The notes under the pieces were generated by a model. It was not told where the DNA came from. It ran no database searches and saw only the letters and a program-made list of their open reading frames with translations. The position numbers and the translations under genes were made by a program. DNA of 64,000 bases from an uncultured virus (IMG/VR IMGVR_UViG_3300016472_001095) (Duplodnaviria > Heunggongvirae > Uroviricota > Caudoviricetes): IMG/VR virus record IMGVR_UViG_3300016472_001095, one strand, 5' to 3'. This document shows, piece by piece, positions 38,934-49,225 of the stretch. The stretch's first letter is position 1. Every line of letters begins with the position of its first letter.

Positions 38934-39140
38934 TCAAATTCTAGGAATATAAGCACAAGTAAATGTTTCGCCAATAGGAGTTTTATGTATGCACTTAAAT
39001 CCGATCTGTTTTAGCCTATCATTTAAAACTGAAAACCACTTTTCTGGTACATTTACAATAATACTATTATGTTTACTGTCGATTAAAACCGTATCAGTAA
39101 ACTCCTCGCATACTGCGGTGCATGTCGACACCGATTTCAT
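38934..39140 (-). CDS. Hypothetical protein
   Basis: 68-aa ORF with TAAATA upstream. Confidence 0.55.
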   Translation of the reverse strand: MKSVSTCTAVCEEFTDTVLIDSKHNSIIVNVPEKWFSVLNDRLKQIGFKCIHKTPIGETFTCAYIPRI

Positions 39141-39152
39141 ACATACAATTAT

Positions 39153-39386
39153 TTAATCGGTTTCGTCATCAATATCTAGATCAAAATCTTCCTCATCATC
39201 AAACAAATTAGATTCTAATTTCACCCCAGAAGAATAAATACCATTTTTAAGTGTAGATAAAAGCAAATCTACTTCTTCGCCTTTTAAATAAAATATACCA
39301 ACTTCCTTATCGTTTATTGAAAATTTTACATGCGTAACGTCTCCGCTAGAAGAGTTAACTCTTTCGAGAGAGATTTTATTATTCAT
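39153..39386 (-). CDS. Hypothetical protein with acidic C-terminus
   Basis: 77-aa ORF. Confidence 0.6.
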   Translation of the reverse strand: MNNKISLERVNSSSGDVTHVKFSINDKEVGIFYLKGEEVDLLLSTLKNGIYSSGVKLESNLFDDEEDFDLDIDDETD

Positions 39387-39571
39387 TTGTTAGGCTGAAC
39401 TTCATTATCTTTAAGCAAAATATTAATTTTATCGTATATACTTCCTACTAATATAAAATCTGCTGCTCTTATTAATCCTTTAGATGCCGTGAGATCTATA
39501 ATATTATTTATTACTTTCATATCTGAAAGTGTCAATTCTGTTGAAATTTCTCGTGTTTGCTTATTTTCCAT
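39383..39571 (-). CDS. Hypothetical phage protein
   Basis: LTLSDM..IID..ASKG..VGSIYDK pattern seen in T4-like small proteins. Confidence 0.6.
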   Translation of the reverse strand: MENKQTREISTELTLSDMKVINNIIDLTASKGLIRAADFILVGSIYDKINILLKDNEVQPNK

Positions 39572-39774
39572 TATTGCTCCTTAAAACCGTCTTCTAGCGT
39601 ATATACAACCTTTTTATCATAATTTGCTATCTTAATTATATCTTGTGTTAATTGGTTGCAATGATTTAGTGCTTTTAAATGCGCTTCAACAGCAGTATTA
39701 GCGTCTACAATTATTTTCTTTGCCTTATTAGTGTAGACATCTCTTACTTGAACTGTGTATCTTTCTATGTACAT
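39571..39774 (-). CDS. Hypothetical protein
   Basis: 67-aa ORF downstream of TTGATA-N16-TATAAT. Confidence 0.6.
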   Translation of the reverse strand: MYIERYTVQVRDVYTNKAKKIIVDANTAVEAHLKALNHCNQLTQDIIKIANYDKKVVYTLEDGFKEQ

Positions 39775-39829
39775 AAAATTATTATATAAATAATATTTAA
39801 AATATCAATCAGTAAGTTATAATAAAAAA

Positions 39830-40306
39830 ATGCATCTGTTTGTCATTATTCCTACCAAGAAAACCATTAAATGGCTAAAAAATAATAAGCTAAATAAAAA
39901 TGCTATTCAATACGCTTTAAGCTTTTTATTTAACGATATATACCCAACTAAAAGTATTAAAAAGACCTGTATCACACTACAAGTCGACTATGCAAGAGAT
40001 TCGAGCACATATATTTTTGGTACAAACAAAATTTATATTTGCAGTAATCCGTACTTTAAAAACGAATCTTTTAAACAAAGAAAGTTTATTATTTTTCTTC
40101 ATTTTCTACATGAATTCAGACATTGGATGCAATCTAGAATTTTAGGTATTAAGGACAATCAGTTAAAATATACAGATAAAGACATGGAAGAAAATAATAA
40201 AAAATATAGGCTTGATAAATTTGAGATTGACGCTAGAGGCTTTGAAAAAAAATATGTTAGAAGATTTATGAGATATTATACAGAATATATTACTTCTTAT
40301 CTATAA
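39830..40306 (+). CDS. HExxH zincin-like protein
   Basis: FLHEFRHWMQ...Y...EIDA. Confidence 0.7.
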   Translation: MHLFVIIPTKKTIKWLKNNKLNKNAIQYALSFLFNDIYPTKSIKKTCITLQVDYARDSSTYIFGTNKIYICSNPYFKNESFKQRKFIIFLHFLHEFRHWMQSRILGIKDNQLKYTDKDMEENNKKYRLDKFEIDARGFEKKYVRRFMRYYTEYITSYL

Positions 40307-40628
40307 TAGTCTTGTATAAATAGCATAAACTAGGATACGTAAACCACGTTAAAAATACAAATGTTACCGGTAAACTATCTAGCATCTTAAACAATATACC
40401 TACTAGAAGGGATGTCCAAAAAGAAAAGCATATATAACAGCTTAACAGTTTTCCAAGCCATTTATTATAAATCATAATGGCAGTTTCTACTTGATCATCT
40501 GTATATAAATTTTTATGTATAAAAAGCTGACCTAAAGTTACTTTTAGAGGACTATAAAACCAAATCAAAAGAATTGTCCAAGTTACTAAGAGCCCTTTTG
40601 CGTAAGAGATGAGATAGCTAATTTCCAT
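40290..40628 (-). CDS. Membrane protein with CxxCxSFW motif (DUF1360-like)
   Basis: KLLSCYICFSFW; three hydrophobic segments. Confidence 0.6.
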   Translation of the reverse strand: MEISYLISYAKGLLVTWTILLIWFYSPLKVTLGQLFIHKNLYTDDQVETAIMIYNKWLGKLLSCYICFSFWTSLLVGILFKMLDSLPVTFVFLTWFTYPSLCYLYKTIIDKK

Positions 40629-40804
40629 ACATCCTCCAAATATTTAGCCTTTACACCATTTTTTTTACATTGAGTACAGCCTTGAGCGGTTAACGCATCT
40701 ATTTCTTGTTTGTACTTATCGCGAATTTGTTCACATTCAATAATTTGTGTAGGGCATGGCTTAGATAAATCAAAAAACTGATCTATTATTTCATTAACAT
40801 TCAC
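40586..40804 (-). CDS. Small Cys-containing protein
   Basis: PCP..C..GCTQC; TAAATA-N5-GTG. Confidence 0.6.
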   Translation of the reverse strand: MNVNEIIDQFFDLSKPCPTQIIECEQIRDKYKQEIDALTAQGCTQCKKNGVKAKYLEDVWKLAISSLTQKGS

Positions 40805-40835
40805 ATAATTATTTATAAGTTAAAAATTAAAAACC

Positions 40836-42239
40836 ATGATTATTTGGGGTATAAACAATTTAAACCACGACGCGTCAATCTCTGTATTTAACAATACTAG
40901 TCATTTATTTTCTTCTCACAGTGAGAGATATTCGAGAATTAAAAATGACTACACACTTTGCGATAAAGTAATAGGTAAAGCATTTAGCTATGGCGATCCC
41001 GATTTGGTATTAATATCTGAAGACAATACTAAAAAGAAGTTAAGACAATTAATAACTCTAGATGAACGGTTTTTTGATTCGCATAAATCGTTTCTAAATA
41101 AATTTAAAATTAAAAAAATAAAGTTCATAGACCACCATAAATGTCACGCAGCTGCAGCTGCATATTCTAGCGGTTTTAATAATAGCTTGGTTTTTGTTTT
41201 TGACAGCATAGGTGAGTTTACTACATCGAGCACTTGGATTTTTAAAAATGGTAATTTAATTCTTATTCATAAATTAAACTATCCTCACAGTCTTGGGTTA
41301 TTTTATTCTGCCTTTACAGATCTACTCGGATTTAAACCTAACGAAGAAGAGTATATAGTAATGGGAATGGCCGCACACGGTTCTCCTATACATTTCGAAG
41401 AACTTTTAAATCTTTTTGAAATTAACCTACCAGACATAAAGATAAAAAAGAATTTACATAGAGGAATAAAATTTGATTTTAAAAACAAATTTGATTTAGC
41501 AGCTAGCGTTCAAGCAGTTTTTGAATATATAGTTTCTCTATATGTTCTTTACTTTAAGCATAAGTACAACATTGATAATGCGTGCTTTAGCGGGGGATGC
41601 TCTTTAAATTGTAAGTCTAATTCTAATTTTCTCAATATTTTTAAAAATGTATATATTTACCCCAATTCTGGAGATGCCGGCAACAGTATAGGGGCGGTAT
41701 TAAGCTATACTAAGTCTTTTTTTAACTACTCACCCTATTTAGGAGAAAATGTACCTTCCAACCTAGATGCAGAACAGATAGCGGATGAAATTATACAAAA
41801 TAAAGTTGTAGGTGTTATTAATGGTAGAGCAGAGTATGGGCCCAGAGCATTAGGAAATAGATCCATATTAGCTGATCCTAGAGATGAAAATATAAAAACA
41901 GTTTTAAATAAAATTAAAAATAGGGAATTGTTTAGACCTTTTGCACCTGTTATATTAAGGCATGAATTTCCAAATTATTTTGATACATCTGTTTACGATT
42001 CTAAGTATATGACTATGGTTTTTAAAAATAAAACTAATATTAAGAGTATAGAAAATGTAGATGGGACGTCAAGAGTTCAAACCGTAACTAAACAAGACAA
42101 TCGTTTATTATATGATATAATATATAGTTTTTTCTGTAAAACAGGCATACCCTTCCTTATTAATACATCTTTAAATGTAAAAGGTCAGCCTCTTGTTAAT
42201 ACCCACAGAGATGCCAAATTTAATTTTAAAGTTTTTTAA
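40836..42239 (+). CDS. Carbamoyltransferase (NodU/CmcH family)
   Basis: HDAS, ERYSRIK, DHHKCHAA, DSIGE, GGCSLN, GPRALGNRSILADP, RPFAP, NTSLN. Confidence 0.93.
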   Translation: MIIWGINNLNHDASISVFNNTSHLFSSHSERYSRIKNDYTLCDKVIGKAFSYGDPDLVLISEDNTKKKLRQLITLDERFFDSHKSFLNKFKIKKIKFIDHHKCHAAAAAYSSGFNNSLVFVFDSIGEFTTSSTWIFKNGNLILIHKLNYPHSLGLFYSAFTDLLGFKPNEEEYIVMGMAAHGSPIHFEELLNLFEINLPDIKIKKNLHRGIKFDFKNKFDLAASVQAVFEYIVSLYVLYFKHKYNIDNACFSGGCSLNCKSNSNFLNIFKNVYIYPNSGDAGNSIGAVLSYTKSFFNYSPYLGENVPSNLDAEQIADEIIQNKVVGVINGRAEYGPRALGNRSILADPRDENIKTVLNKIKNRELFRPFAPVILRHEFPNYFDTSVYDSKYMTMVFKNKTNIKSIENVDGTSRVQTVTKQDNRLLYDIIYSFFCKTGIPFLINTSLNVKGQPLVNTHRDAKFNFKVF

Positions 42240-42293
42240 TATTTAAACGAATCTTGCCTTTCAATCTTTTTTAAAAGCAAATATCTATAAATT

Positions 42294-43217
42294 TTAAATA
42301 TTATTTTTTTTAAAAGTTTCATAAAATTTGTCAGCTATCCATTCATTATAATTGTAACTATAATGCTCCCCATCTCTTGCATAGTTGTTAGGAATATCAT
42401 TAAACTTGCTTGTGTCTATCATATTAGAAGTATTAATATATTTGCTTAATATTTCACTGTTTTGAGATAACATCTTACATGTAGTACCCCATATTAAGGG
42501 TGTACCGTGCAGCATAGTTTCTATAAATTTAAAATTTTTTATAAAATTAAAAAAACTTTCATTAGGGTTAACAAGCTGTAAATAACCTGCATATTGCTCC
42601 TTACAACTATCATAATATGTTTTTCTATCGGTATTGTGTGTTTTACCGTTAGCAGTAGCGACATTAAAGTTTAATATTCTATTATCATCTGCTATATATT
42701 CTTTTCTATACATTCCAGGAAACAAAATAAAGACTGCTTTAGGCTTAATAGTACTAGTTGTTTGATAAACTAATCTAGAAATTGTATCTGCGCTACCCCC
42801 AATTAGACCAAAGTTTAACGGAGAATATTCAAAATTAAATTTAGAAGAAAGTATATATGGCCATGTTTCATCATCAGCTAACCCAAAACCAAACGTATTA
42901 CTGCAACCATAGCATAATAATTTATCCCGGGTTTCTGAAATATTATATTTTCTAAATGCGTTGTTATTTAAAGAGTAGCTAAAATCTTTTGCAAAATATC
43001 TATTTGTAGGATCGGTAGCTATGTGCTTATTAAAATAGTCTTCTTCATACTCAAATAAAAACTTTTTAGTTTGATTTTTTAAATATAATAATTCATGATT
43101 ACAGGGATCATTTACCCAATAATGATCATTAGTTAGTAAAAAATCTCTACTATTAGGAGCACATGCCTTTAACACATTATCCATAATATTCTTTACAAAA
43201 TTACTAGCACACGCCAT
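42294..43217 (-). CDS. SGNH-like hypothetical protein A
   Basis: YGCSNTFGFG..TWP..NFG..GGS..ARDGEH. Confidence 0.65.
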   Translation of the reverse strand: MACASNFVKNIMDNVLKACAPNSRDFLLTNDHYWVNDPCNHELLYLKNQTKKFLFEYEEDYFNKHIATDPTNRYFAKDFSYSLNNNAFRKYNISETRDKLLCYGCSNTFGFGLADDETWPYILSSKFNFEYSPLNFGLIGGSADTISRLVYQTTSTIKPKAVFILFPGMYRKEYIADDNRILNFNVATANGKTHNTDRKTYYDSCKEQYAGYLQLVNPNESFFNFIKNFKFIETMLHGTPLIWGTTCKMLSQNSEILSKYINTSNMIDTSKFNDIPNNYARDGEHYSYNYNEWIADKFYETFKKNNI

Positions 43218-44133
43218 TATTAAAAAGCTTATAAAAGCCCTCCGCTACATTAGAATGAAACATCTTTCCTAAATGCGAACCGTCTCGAGAAAAATCTCCA
43301 TTTACTTTACAGTTTAATAATTTCTTATCACTAAGTAAAGTATTATTAATATCTACAAATTTTTTTAATGTATTTAGAGAAATGTTCAGAATATCTGAAC
43401 AATGTGTGTACCAATAAAAAGGTATATTTTTCGATTTACATAAATGACTAATCAACTGATAATCTTTTACAAAACTATAAAAACAATTAACTTTATTCAT
43501 TAATCCTAAATAGTGCTTATAGTCTTCAGTTATTTCTTCAAAGTTAAAACTATTATTACCGTATTTTTGTAACTGTCTCATCCTATGAGACCCGGGAATA
43601 AAGTTTACTGACTCATTTTTTTTAGTAATATATTCTATAGCTGGTAAAGGGGTAAATACAGCAAAAACCGCTTTAATATTGTCCTTAGATGTTGAGATAG
43701 CTTGAAACGCTGTCCTGGCTATATTATTGTTTATTCCTGCTAATGTACCGAAATTTTTATAACCTAAATTCTTTATTTTTAAAAGATCATAAAGCTTATA
43801 AGACCATAAATCAGTATTTCCTAACCCCCATCCTAAAGTATGACAACATCCAAAGCAGTACAAATATTCACTTCCCTCTATTCCTTTTCTATATCCATTT
43901 TCATCAAACACATAATCTATTTTTTCGTTAAAAAAGGGATGGTTAGGATTAGCTGCAACCTCATTTAAGTAATGTGCTTCTTCCTCTGCATCTAGAAACT
44001 GTAGAGTATTATTTTTTTTATTTTTATCGCTACCCCAATGCTCAGGCGCGCCACACCACAGCTTTGATGAACAAATAGCTTCTTCTAAATCAAACATATT
44101 TGACTTGTTTATAAACTGTCTTATATCTATCAT
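43204..44133 (-). CDS. SGNH-like hypothetical protein B (paralogue of A)
   Basis: FGCCHTLGWG..NFG..SRDGSH; ATGA-coupled start at 44133. Confidence 0.65.
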   Translation of the reverse strand: MIDIRQFINKSNMFDLEEAICSSKLWCGAPEHWGSDKNKKNNTLQFLDAEEEAHYLNEVAANPNHPFFNEKIDYVFDENGYRKGIEGSEYLYCFGCCHTLGWGLGNTDLWSYKLYDLLKIKNLGYKNFGTLAGINNNIARTAFQAISTSKDNIKAVFAVFTPLPAIEYITKKNESVNFIPGSHRMRQLQKYGNNSFNFEEITEDYKHYLGLMNKVNCFYSFVKDYQLISHLCKSKNIPFYWYTHCSDILNISLNTLKKFVDINNTLLSDKKLLNCKVNGDFSRDGSHLGKMFHSNVAEGFYKLFNNGVC

Positions 44134-44825
44134 ACAGATAATACCGTGTCCCAAGGTATAAACCCTACATATACTGTCTCTCTAATTTTTTCAAAAGGCC
44201 TGCCCAATGAACCGTGAAATACATGTGAATCATGTACACAAATATCCCCTCTTTTTGCAACCATAGGTACAGCAGAGTTTTCATCATAATTTGTCTCATC
44301 AGTTAAATGCGACCCTTTACAAAAATACACACACGAATCTTCTGTAGTGTCATCTAAATATATTCCAAAGTTATAAGCTTTACGCCACTCGTCTTTAACT
44401 TTTAAATCTCTATGAAAAAACACTATACCCTCGTCGTTAGGGCGTTTTATGAGAATATTACTATACAATACCTTACATCTAAAAGAATAAAGATCATTAA
44501 TATAAGTCTTTAAATAGCTTTTTACTATATGATCTATATCATTTTTAAAAAATTCGTTTAAATTATGAATAGCCACTATATCTTTTTGATTATTAAAAAC
44601 CAGATTACCTGATTTTAAAGATTTTCTTTCTTTTTGACCGTCTAAAAGCTGAGAGGAATCAGCTGTCCCTTCAGACATATTTCTTAAAAACATATCTATA
44701 TTGTCGTAAAATTGCTTTTTCCATTTATTAACTCTAGCTCTTATATCCTGTAATCCCTCCTCGTTAATTGCATTTTTAATTAAGTAAACACCATCACTAT
44801 TAAGTTTTTCTCTTAATTCGGTCAT
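44130..44825 (-). CDS. PhyH-family 2OG-Fe(II) dioxygenase
   Basis: DGVYLIKNA, FHRD, GIYLDD, GSH, GD..FHGS..R. Confidence 0.88.
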   Translation of the reverse strand: MTELREKLNSDGVYLIKNAINEEGLQDIRARVNKWKKQFYDNIDMFLRNMSEGTADSSQLLDGQKERKSLKSGNLVFNNQKDIVAIHNLNEFFKNDIDHIVKSYLKTYINDLYSFRCKVLYSNILIKRPNDEGIVFFHRDLKVKDEWRKAYNFGIYLDDTTEDSCVYFCKGSHLTDETNYDENSAVPMVAKRGDICVHDSHVFHGSLGRPFEKIRETVYVGFIPWDTVLSV

Positions 44826-44859
44826 AAAGTTACTTAATTTTAGTTATTAAATAAACAAT

Positions 44860-45477
44860 CTATTTTTGGAACTTAATGTATAAGGTTGTTCTGCCTTCTT
44901 TATCCGAATTATCAGACCCATGCCATGTATAGCTATTATGAATAATTAAGTCACCTTTTTTTGCACTTATATAAGTCTTATTAATTTTAGCCTCATCAAA
45001 AGTATATTCCGTTGTAGCTATAGTATGACTGCCTTCTACAAAATACACCTTATCATTTTCACATGTATCATTTAAATATATACCACAATTATAATACGTA
45101 ACGTCTTTATTAAAAAGATTATCTACGTGACATGGTAAAACATTATCAATAAACTTTTTTCTTATAACTAATTGTGAAGACTTATAAACTCCTAAATTAA
45201 AAATGGTTAACCTATCAACAAACTTTACAACATCTTTTTCCTCTAAATTAATTTTAAATATTTCCCAGCAATTTTCTTTTTTACCATAGAATTCATTACC
45301 TAATTTAAAATTTTTTCCGTCATTTTCATTACCAGGAATAAGAGGATTAAGCGTGTTGATAAGAGAAGTTTCGTGTTTTTTATATATAAAATCGCATTCC
45401 TCAGGGGAAAAAAAGCCACATATTTTTACGTACCCTTTTTTATCTAAATTATCTATATAAGGTAAAATTTCCGTCAT
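44860..45477 (-). CDS. PhyH-family 2OG-Fe(II) dioxygenase
   Basis: KGYVKI, CHVD, GIYLND, GSH, WHGS..GR. Confidence 0.85.
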   Translation of the reverse strand: MTEILPYIDNLDKKGYVKICGFFSPEECDFIYKKHETSLINTLNPLIPGNENDGKNFKLGNEFYGKKENCWEIFKINLEEKDVVKFVDRLTIFNLGVYKSSQLVIRKKFIDNVLPCHVDNLFNKDVTYYNCGIYLNDTCENDKVYFVEGSHTIATTEYTFDEAKINKTYISAKKGDLIIHNSYTWHGSDNSDKEGRTTLYIKFQK

Positions 45478-46364
45478 AAAAATGTAATACGTCTGTCCTT
45501 ACAAAAATTAACATCTTTCATATTGTTACTGCCAAATTGAAAATAAAATCTTCTCTTTATTGAATCACCTATCTCTTCTGGGCTTCCGTGGAAAAGGCTT
45601 ACATGATGTATAACAACATCTCCTGGCTCTACTTCATGCACAACGATACCATCAAAATCCCAATTATTAGCTGTCTCTGGTGTATTGTTGTCAAATTTTC
45701 TATACTGCTCATAGTCTCCAGCAAAGTCGCCTCTTCCGAAAACATCTACATTGTGAGTACCAGGCATACATCTAACAGCGCCCGAATCTTTTTTAGCTTC
45801 ATCTAAATATAAGCCAAAAGTAATTGCGTGGTGAGTTGAAGGTACTCTAAAATCTCTATGCATAGGCAAAATATTATCAGTAATATCTTCTTTTTTTCTA
45901 ATATTTTTAAAAAGCAGAAAATCACACCAACACAAAGGATTCTCGCCTACAATTGAAGAAACTACAGATTTGACCTTTTCACTAAAGATAAAATCTTTTA
46001 ACAAGTATTCTTCTTGAAACTTCATTCTTTGCTCTTTAAGAGGATCACTTAGATCATAAATTCTATAAATCTCTCTCTCACCTCTACAAAATGTAATGTC
46101 AAATCTATCAAACTTTAAATATCTACCTAAGTAGGTATCCATTCCTTTATTCGCTTGCATGGTTTTCTTTTTTTCATTATAAAAATCCATCTCTGCTTTA
46201 ATAACATTAAACTCACTTAAATTTTTATCTATAAACTCTTGAGCTTCACAATACCATTTTTTTGTAGCAGTATCTAATTTTTCTAACAGCTCTCCATCAA
46301 CAAACTTTTTTAAGACTATATACCCTTCTTTGTTATAGAAATCTATTTGATCCTTAGTAAGCAT
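45474..46364 (-). CDS. PhyH-family 2OG-Fe(II) dioxygenase
   Basis: QIDFYNKEGYIVL, MHRD, YLDEA..PGTH, PGDVVIHH..FHGS..RR. Confidence 0.9.
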   Translation of the reverse strand: MLTKDQIDFYNKEGYIVLKKFVDGELLEKLDTATKKWYCEAQEFIDKNLSEFNVIKAEMDFYNEKKKTMQANKGMDTYLGRYLKFDRFDITFCRGEREIYRIYDLSDPLKEQRMKFQEEYLLKDFIFSEKVKSVVSSIVGENPLCWCDFLLFKNIRKKEDITDNILPMHRDFRVPSTHHAITFGLYLDEAKKDSGAVRCMPGTHNVDVFGRGDFAGDYEQYRKFDNNTPETANNWDFDGIVVHEVEPGDVVIHHVSLFHGSPEEIGDSIKRRFYFQFGSNNMKDVNFCKDRRITFL

Positions 46365-46381
46365 AATTATATTTACCTTTG

Positions 46382-47164
46382 TTAATTTAGTATCAACCTT
46401 TGAAGAGCATCGCTAAATTCCCTCTGATAAATATTAAATACTTTTATAAGAAGATGCTCTCCTATAATCTTCTTTACATAGTCACAAAAAGAACTAATAC
46501 CTTTACCGTTCCAAGGCTTTTTGTCGCCTATAAAATGAATAATCTTTGCATTTTCTATTCGCTCTGAAGTTAATAAGTCTGTAGTTAAATTATATTTGAC
46601 ATCCATAAAATTGACTTTACCGGCAAAATATAAATTTAATGGCTTTTGGTTTCCGTTGTGAATGTAGTTCTTACACATATTTATTAAATCGTTTTGAACT
46701 TCATTAGTAAGGTATTTCTTTCCTATAAGCATAACACCCGCATTAAATCCTTTTTGACCAAAAGGAACGTAAGCAAGGTTAGATATTTTAGCTAATTCAA
46801 CTACACAAAAATCTCCTTCTAAGGCAAAAATTTCATTTATATTATCTACTATTATAATATCAGTATCTAAATACAAAATTTTATCGTAATGATTTAATTT
46901 AAATATTTCAAATCTGTAAAAGGGGTTGATTTCCCAATCTCTATTATGCACCGACCAGGATAAATTACTATATTTTTCTATATCTATTTGTTTAAAAATA
47001 ATATTTAAATCCGAATAAATCTTTTTATAAAAATCTAAGTCTTCGAAAAAAATATCGTAAAAAATAATTATATCGTGTCTAAAATTATATTTGCTTAGCC
47101 CATTTAAAACCACGTTGAGCGGAACCTTAAATTTTTCATTTACTATTAAAACCGCGGCATTCAT
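46382..47164 (-). CDS. GT8 family glycosyltransferase
   Basis: YDKILYLDTD, FNAGVMLI, NQ..LN, KYN, IIHF.G.KKPW. Confidence 0.9.
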   Translation of the reverse strand: MNAAVLIVNEKFKVPLNVVLNGLSKYNFRHDIIIFYDIFFEDLDFYKKIYSDLNIIFKQIDIEKYSNLSWSVHNRDWEINPFYRFEIFKLNHYDKILYLDTDIIIVDNINEIFALEGDFCVVELAKISNLAYVPFGQKGFNAGVMLIGKKYLTNEVQNDLINMCKNYIHNGNQKPLNLYFAGKVNFMDVKYNLTTDLLTSERIENAKIIHFIGDKKPWNGKGISSFCDYVKKIIGEHLLIKVFNIYQREFSDALQRLILN

Positions 47165-48420
47165 AAACTAAATCCTCTTTTAACCGATTCTTCAAAGGGA
47201 AAATTATATTTTTTAAAAAAATAATCTAAAGGAGCTTTATACTGTTTATTTTTTAGTTGCGATGAAAGGTTTAGAAAATATTGTACGCAATCTCTGTCTA
47301 GAAATGGATATCTAGTCTCTATTCCATAGCATCCCGCGATTGACTCTTCTTTATATAAATATCGTTCCTGCTTGCCTCTATAAAAGTTCTTCCACGGAAA
47401 TACAATGCTTAAATCTTGGGGAAAAATGCCCTTTAAAGTACTAGAATCATCCTGCGCAAATACACCTCTACCATTAATTCCGTAATCAGATAAAATTTCA
47501 TCAGCTCCAGTACCTGAAATACTTACATTAAGACCTACTTTTTTTGCTGCTTCAAATATGAAGCTAAGACCTATAGAAGCTCTATCTTGTTTAAAGTTAT
47601 AATCTGAAAATAGGAAAGTATCAGCAAAAGTATTGATATAATTGTAATGTTTGGAGTATTCTTTTTCATTAACATTTATATACTCTATATTGCCTAAAAT
47701 TTTTTTTCTTTCTTCTATAATATATTTATTTTCATTGTTAGGTATACAATATAGTTTTAAAGGCTTGTTTAAAATCTTAGAAGCTAAAGCTATAGCCCCG
47801 GAATCGTAACCGCTACTTAAGCTTAAAAAGCTATTTTTAGTAATACGCTTATCTACGCTTTCTAAAAAAGATCTTTCCCATAAATTAAAATCACTTATAT
47901 TTTGATCTAGATTAAATTCATGTATAGACGTTTTTGTTAAGTTAGTCAAATTTAATATAGTATTAGCAGGTAGTTTTTGAATCGATTGAAATCCTAAATC
48001 ACCTAGAACAGAGTAATAACTAGATATTCCAAACTTATTATCTTCTTTAGAATAAAAAATAGGTTTTGTACCGAAAACATCAGAAGATATAAAAATATCA
48101 TCATCTTTAATGTAAACAAGAGCAAATTCTCCATCAAATTTTTTTATAGCATTTATACCTTCTTCTTCTAATAATTTAAAAGCGTATCTGGTATCATTGT
48201 TCCCTATATAATTGTAAATCTCTCCATTATATAAAAACATACTATTATTGCCTCTTAAAGGCTGTACGGTTTTCTCTCCTGTTATATGAAGCAAATTATG
48301 TATGCACAAAATGTTGTTTTCTTCTAAAACTATAGTTTCATCCGGCCCGCGTCGCTTTAAATTAAAATTTAATGCTTCAATATTAAAGCCCGTTTTGTTG
48401 GTTACTAAAAATGAACACAT
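47161..48420 (-). CDS. Asparagine synthetase-like amidotransferase
   Basis: N-terminal Cys, RRGPD, YNGEIYN, LSSGYDS, SGTGADEI, RYPFLD. Confidence 0.9.
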   Translation of the reverse strand: MCSFLVTNKTGFNIEALNFNLKRRGPDETIVLEENNILCIHNLLHITGEKTVQPLRGNNSMFLYNGEIYNYIGNNDTRYAFKLLEEEGINAIKKFDGEFALVYIKDDDIFISSDVFGTKPIFYSKEDNKFGISSYYSVLGDLGFQSIQKLPANTILNLTNLTKTSIHEFNLDQNISDFNLWERSFLESVDKRITKNSFLSLSSGYDSGAIALASKILNKPLKLYCIPNNENKYIIEERKKILGNIEYINVNEKEYSKHYNYINTFADTFLFSDYNFKQDRASIGLSFIFEAAKKVGLNVSISGTGADEILSDYGINGRGVFAQDDSSTLKGIFPQDLSIVFPWKNFYRGKQERYLYKEESIAGCYGIETRYPFLDRDCVQYFLNLSSQLKNKQYKAPLDYFFKKYNFPFEESVKRGFSL

Positions 48421-48454
48421 AGTTTAATATTTTAATAGTCTACATATATATTAT

Positions 48455-49225
48455 ATGGATATAATAAAAATACTACAAAAACAAGAGTTTAAGGATTTTT
48501 ATTGTATGTCTAAATCTGTATTTAAAGGCGACTCAACGTTTCCCTATAATAGCGCTATTTCAGCAAACGTTACAAAAGATAAACTACATTCTGTTAAATT
48601 CTATTTTGGAACTTACCAAAAAATGAATGATCTATCAGAATTAGAGAAATTTTTTTCTATTAATGATATTTTACATCTCTACAAAATCTGGGATATAGAT
48701 AATATTGACAATAAAGGACTTTCTTTCTGTATTAAATATTATCCGAATTCAAATTCATTTAAATATCAAATACATTGCAAAGTAACTACCCCTCTTACAT
48801 TTAAAAATCTATCTTTTTCTGATAAAGACTGCAGATACGGTGTTGGAATTGAGACCGGAAAAACAAAAAATTACATTAATATAAAAAATAATAATGATAA
48901 AGTTTTAGTAAGCAAGCATTTTAATATACCAGAATTAGTATTTTTTGATGAGCTTGAATATTGCGAGTTTGATAATTATAGTAAAGTAGTGACAAGCTAT
49001 AACAATCAAAAAACTTATCTCTTAAGAAACTACTTACTTAAGAAGTTCGCAGCCAAGAAAGAAGAATATCCAATGATTGCTTCTGCTATAGATCAACTTC
49101 ATGTTGGTTATAACTATGATTTGAGAAATTTCGGTTTCTATAAAGATTTAGATTTATATAGTTTATATTTCTATCTTCCTGGTAAAGAAAATACTGTAGA
49201 TTCCTATGAACCCTTTGCAAATTAA
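48455..49225 (+). CDS. Hypothetical protein in the modification cluster
   Basis: 256-aa ORF, no motif recognised. Confidence 0.6.
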   Translation: MDIIKILQKQEFKDFYCMSKSVFKGDSTFPYNSAISANVTKDKLHSVKFYFGTYQKMNDLSELEKFFSINDILHLYKIWDIDNIDNKGLSFCIKYYPNSNSFKYQIHCKVTTPLTFKNLSFSDKDCRYGVGIETGKTKNYINIKNNNDKVLVSKHFNIPELVFFDELEYCEFDNYSKVVTSYNNQKTYLLRNYLLKKFAAKKEEYPMIASAIDQLHVGYNYDLRNFGFYKDLDLYSLYFYLPGKENTVDSYEPFAN

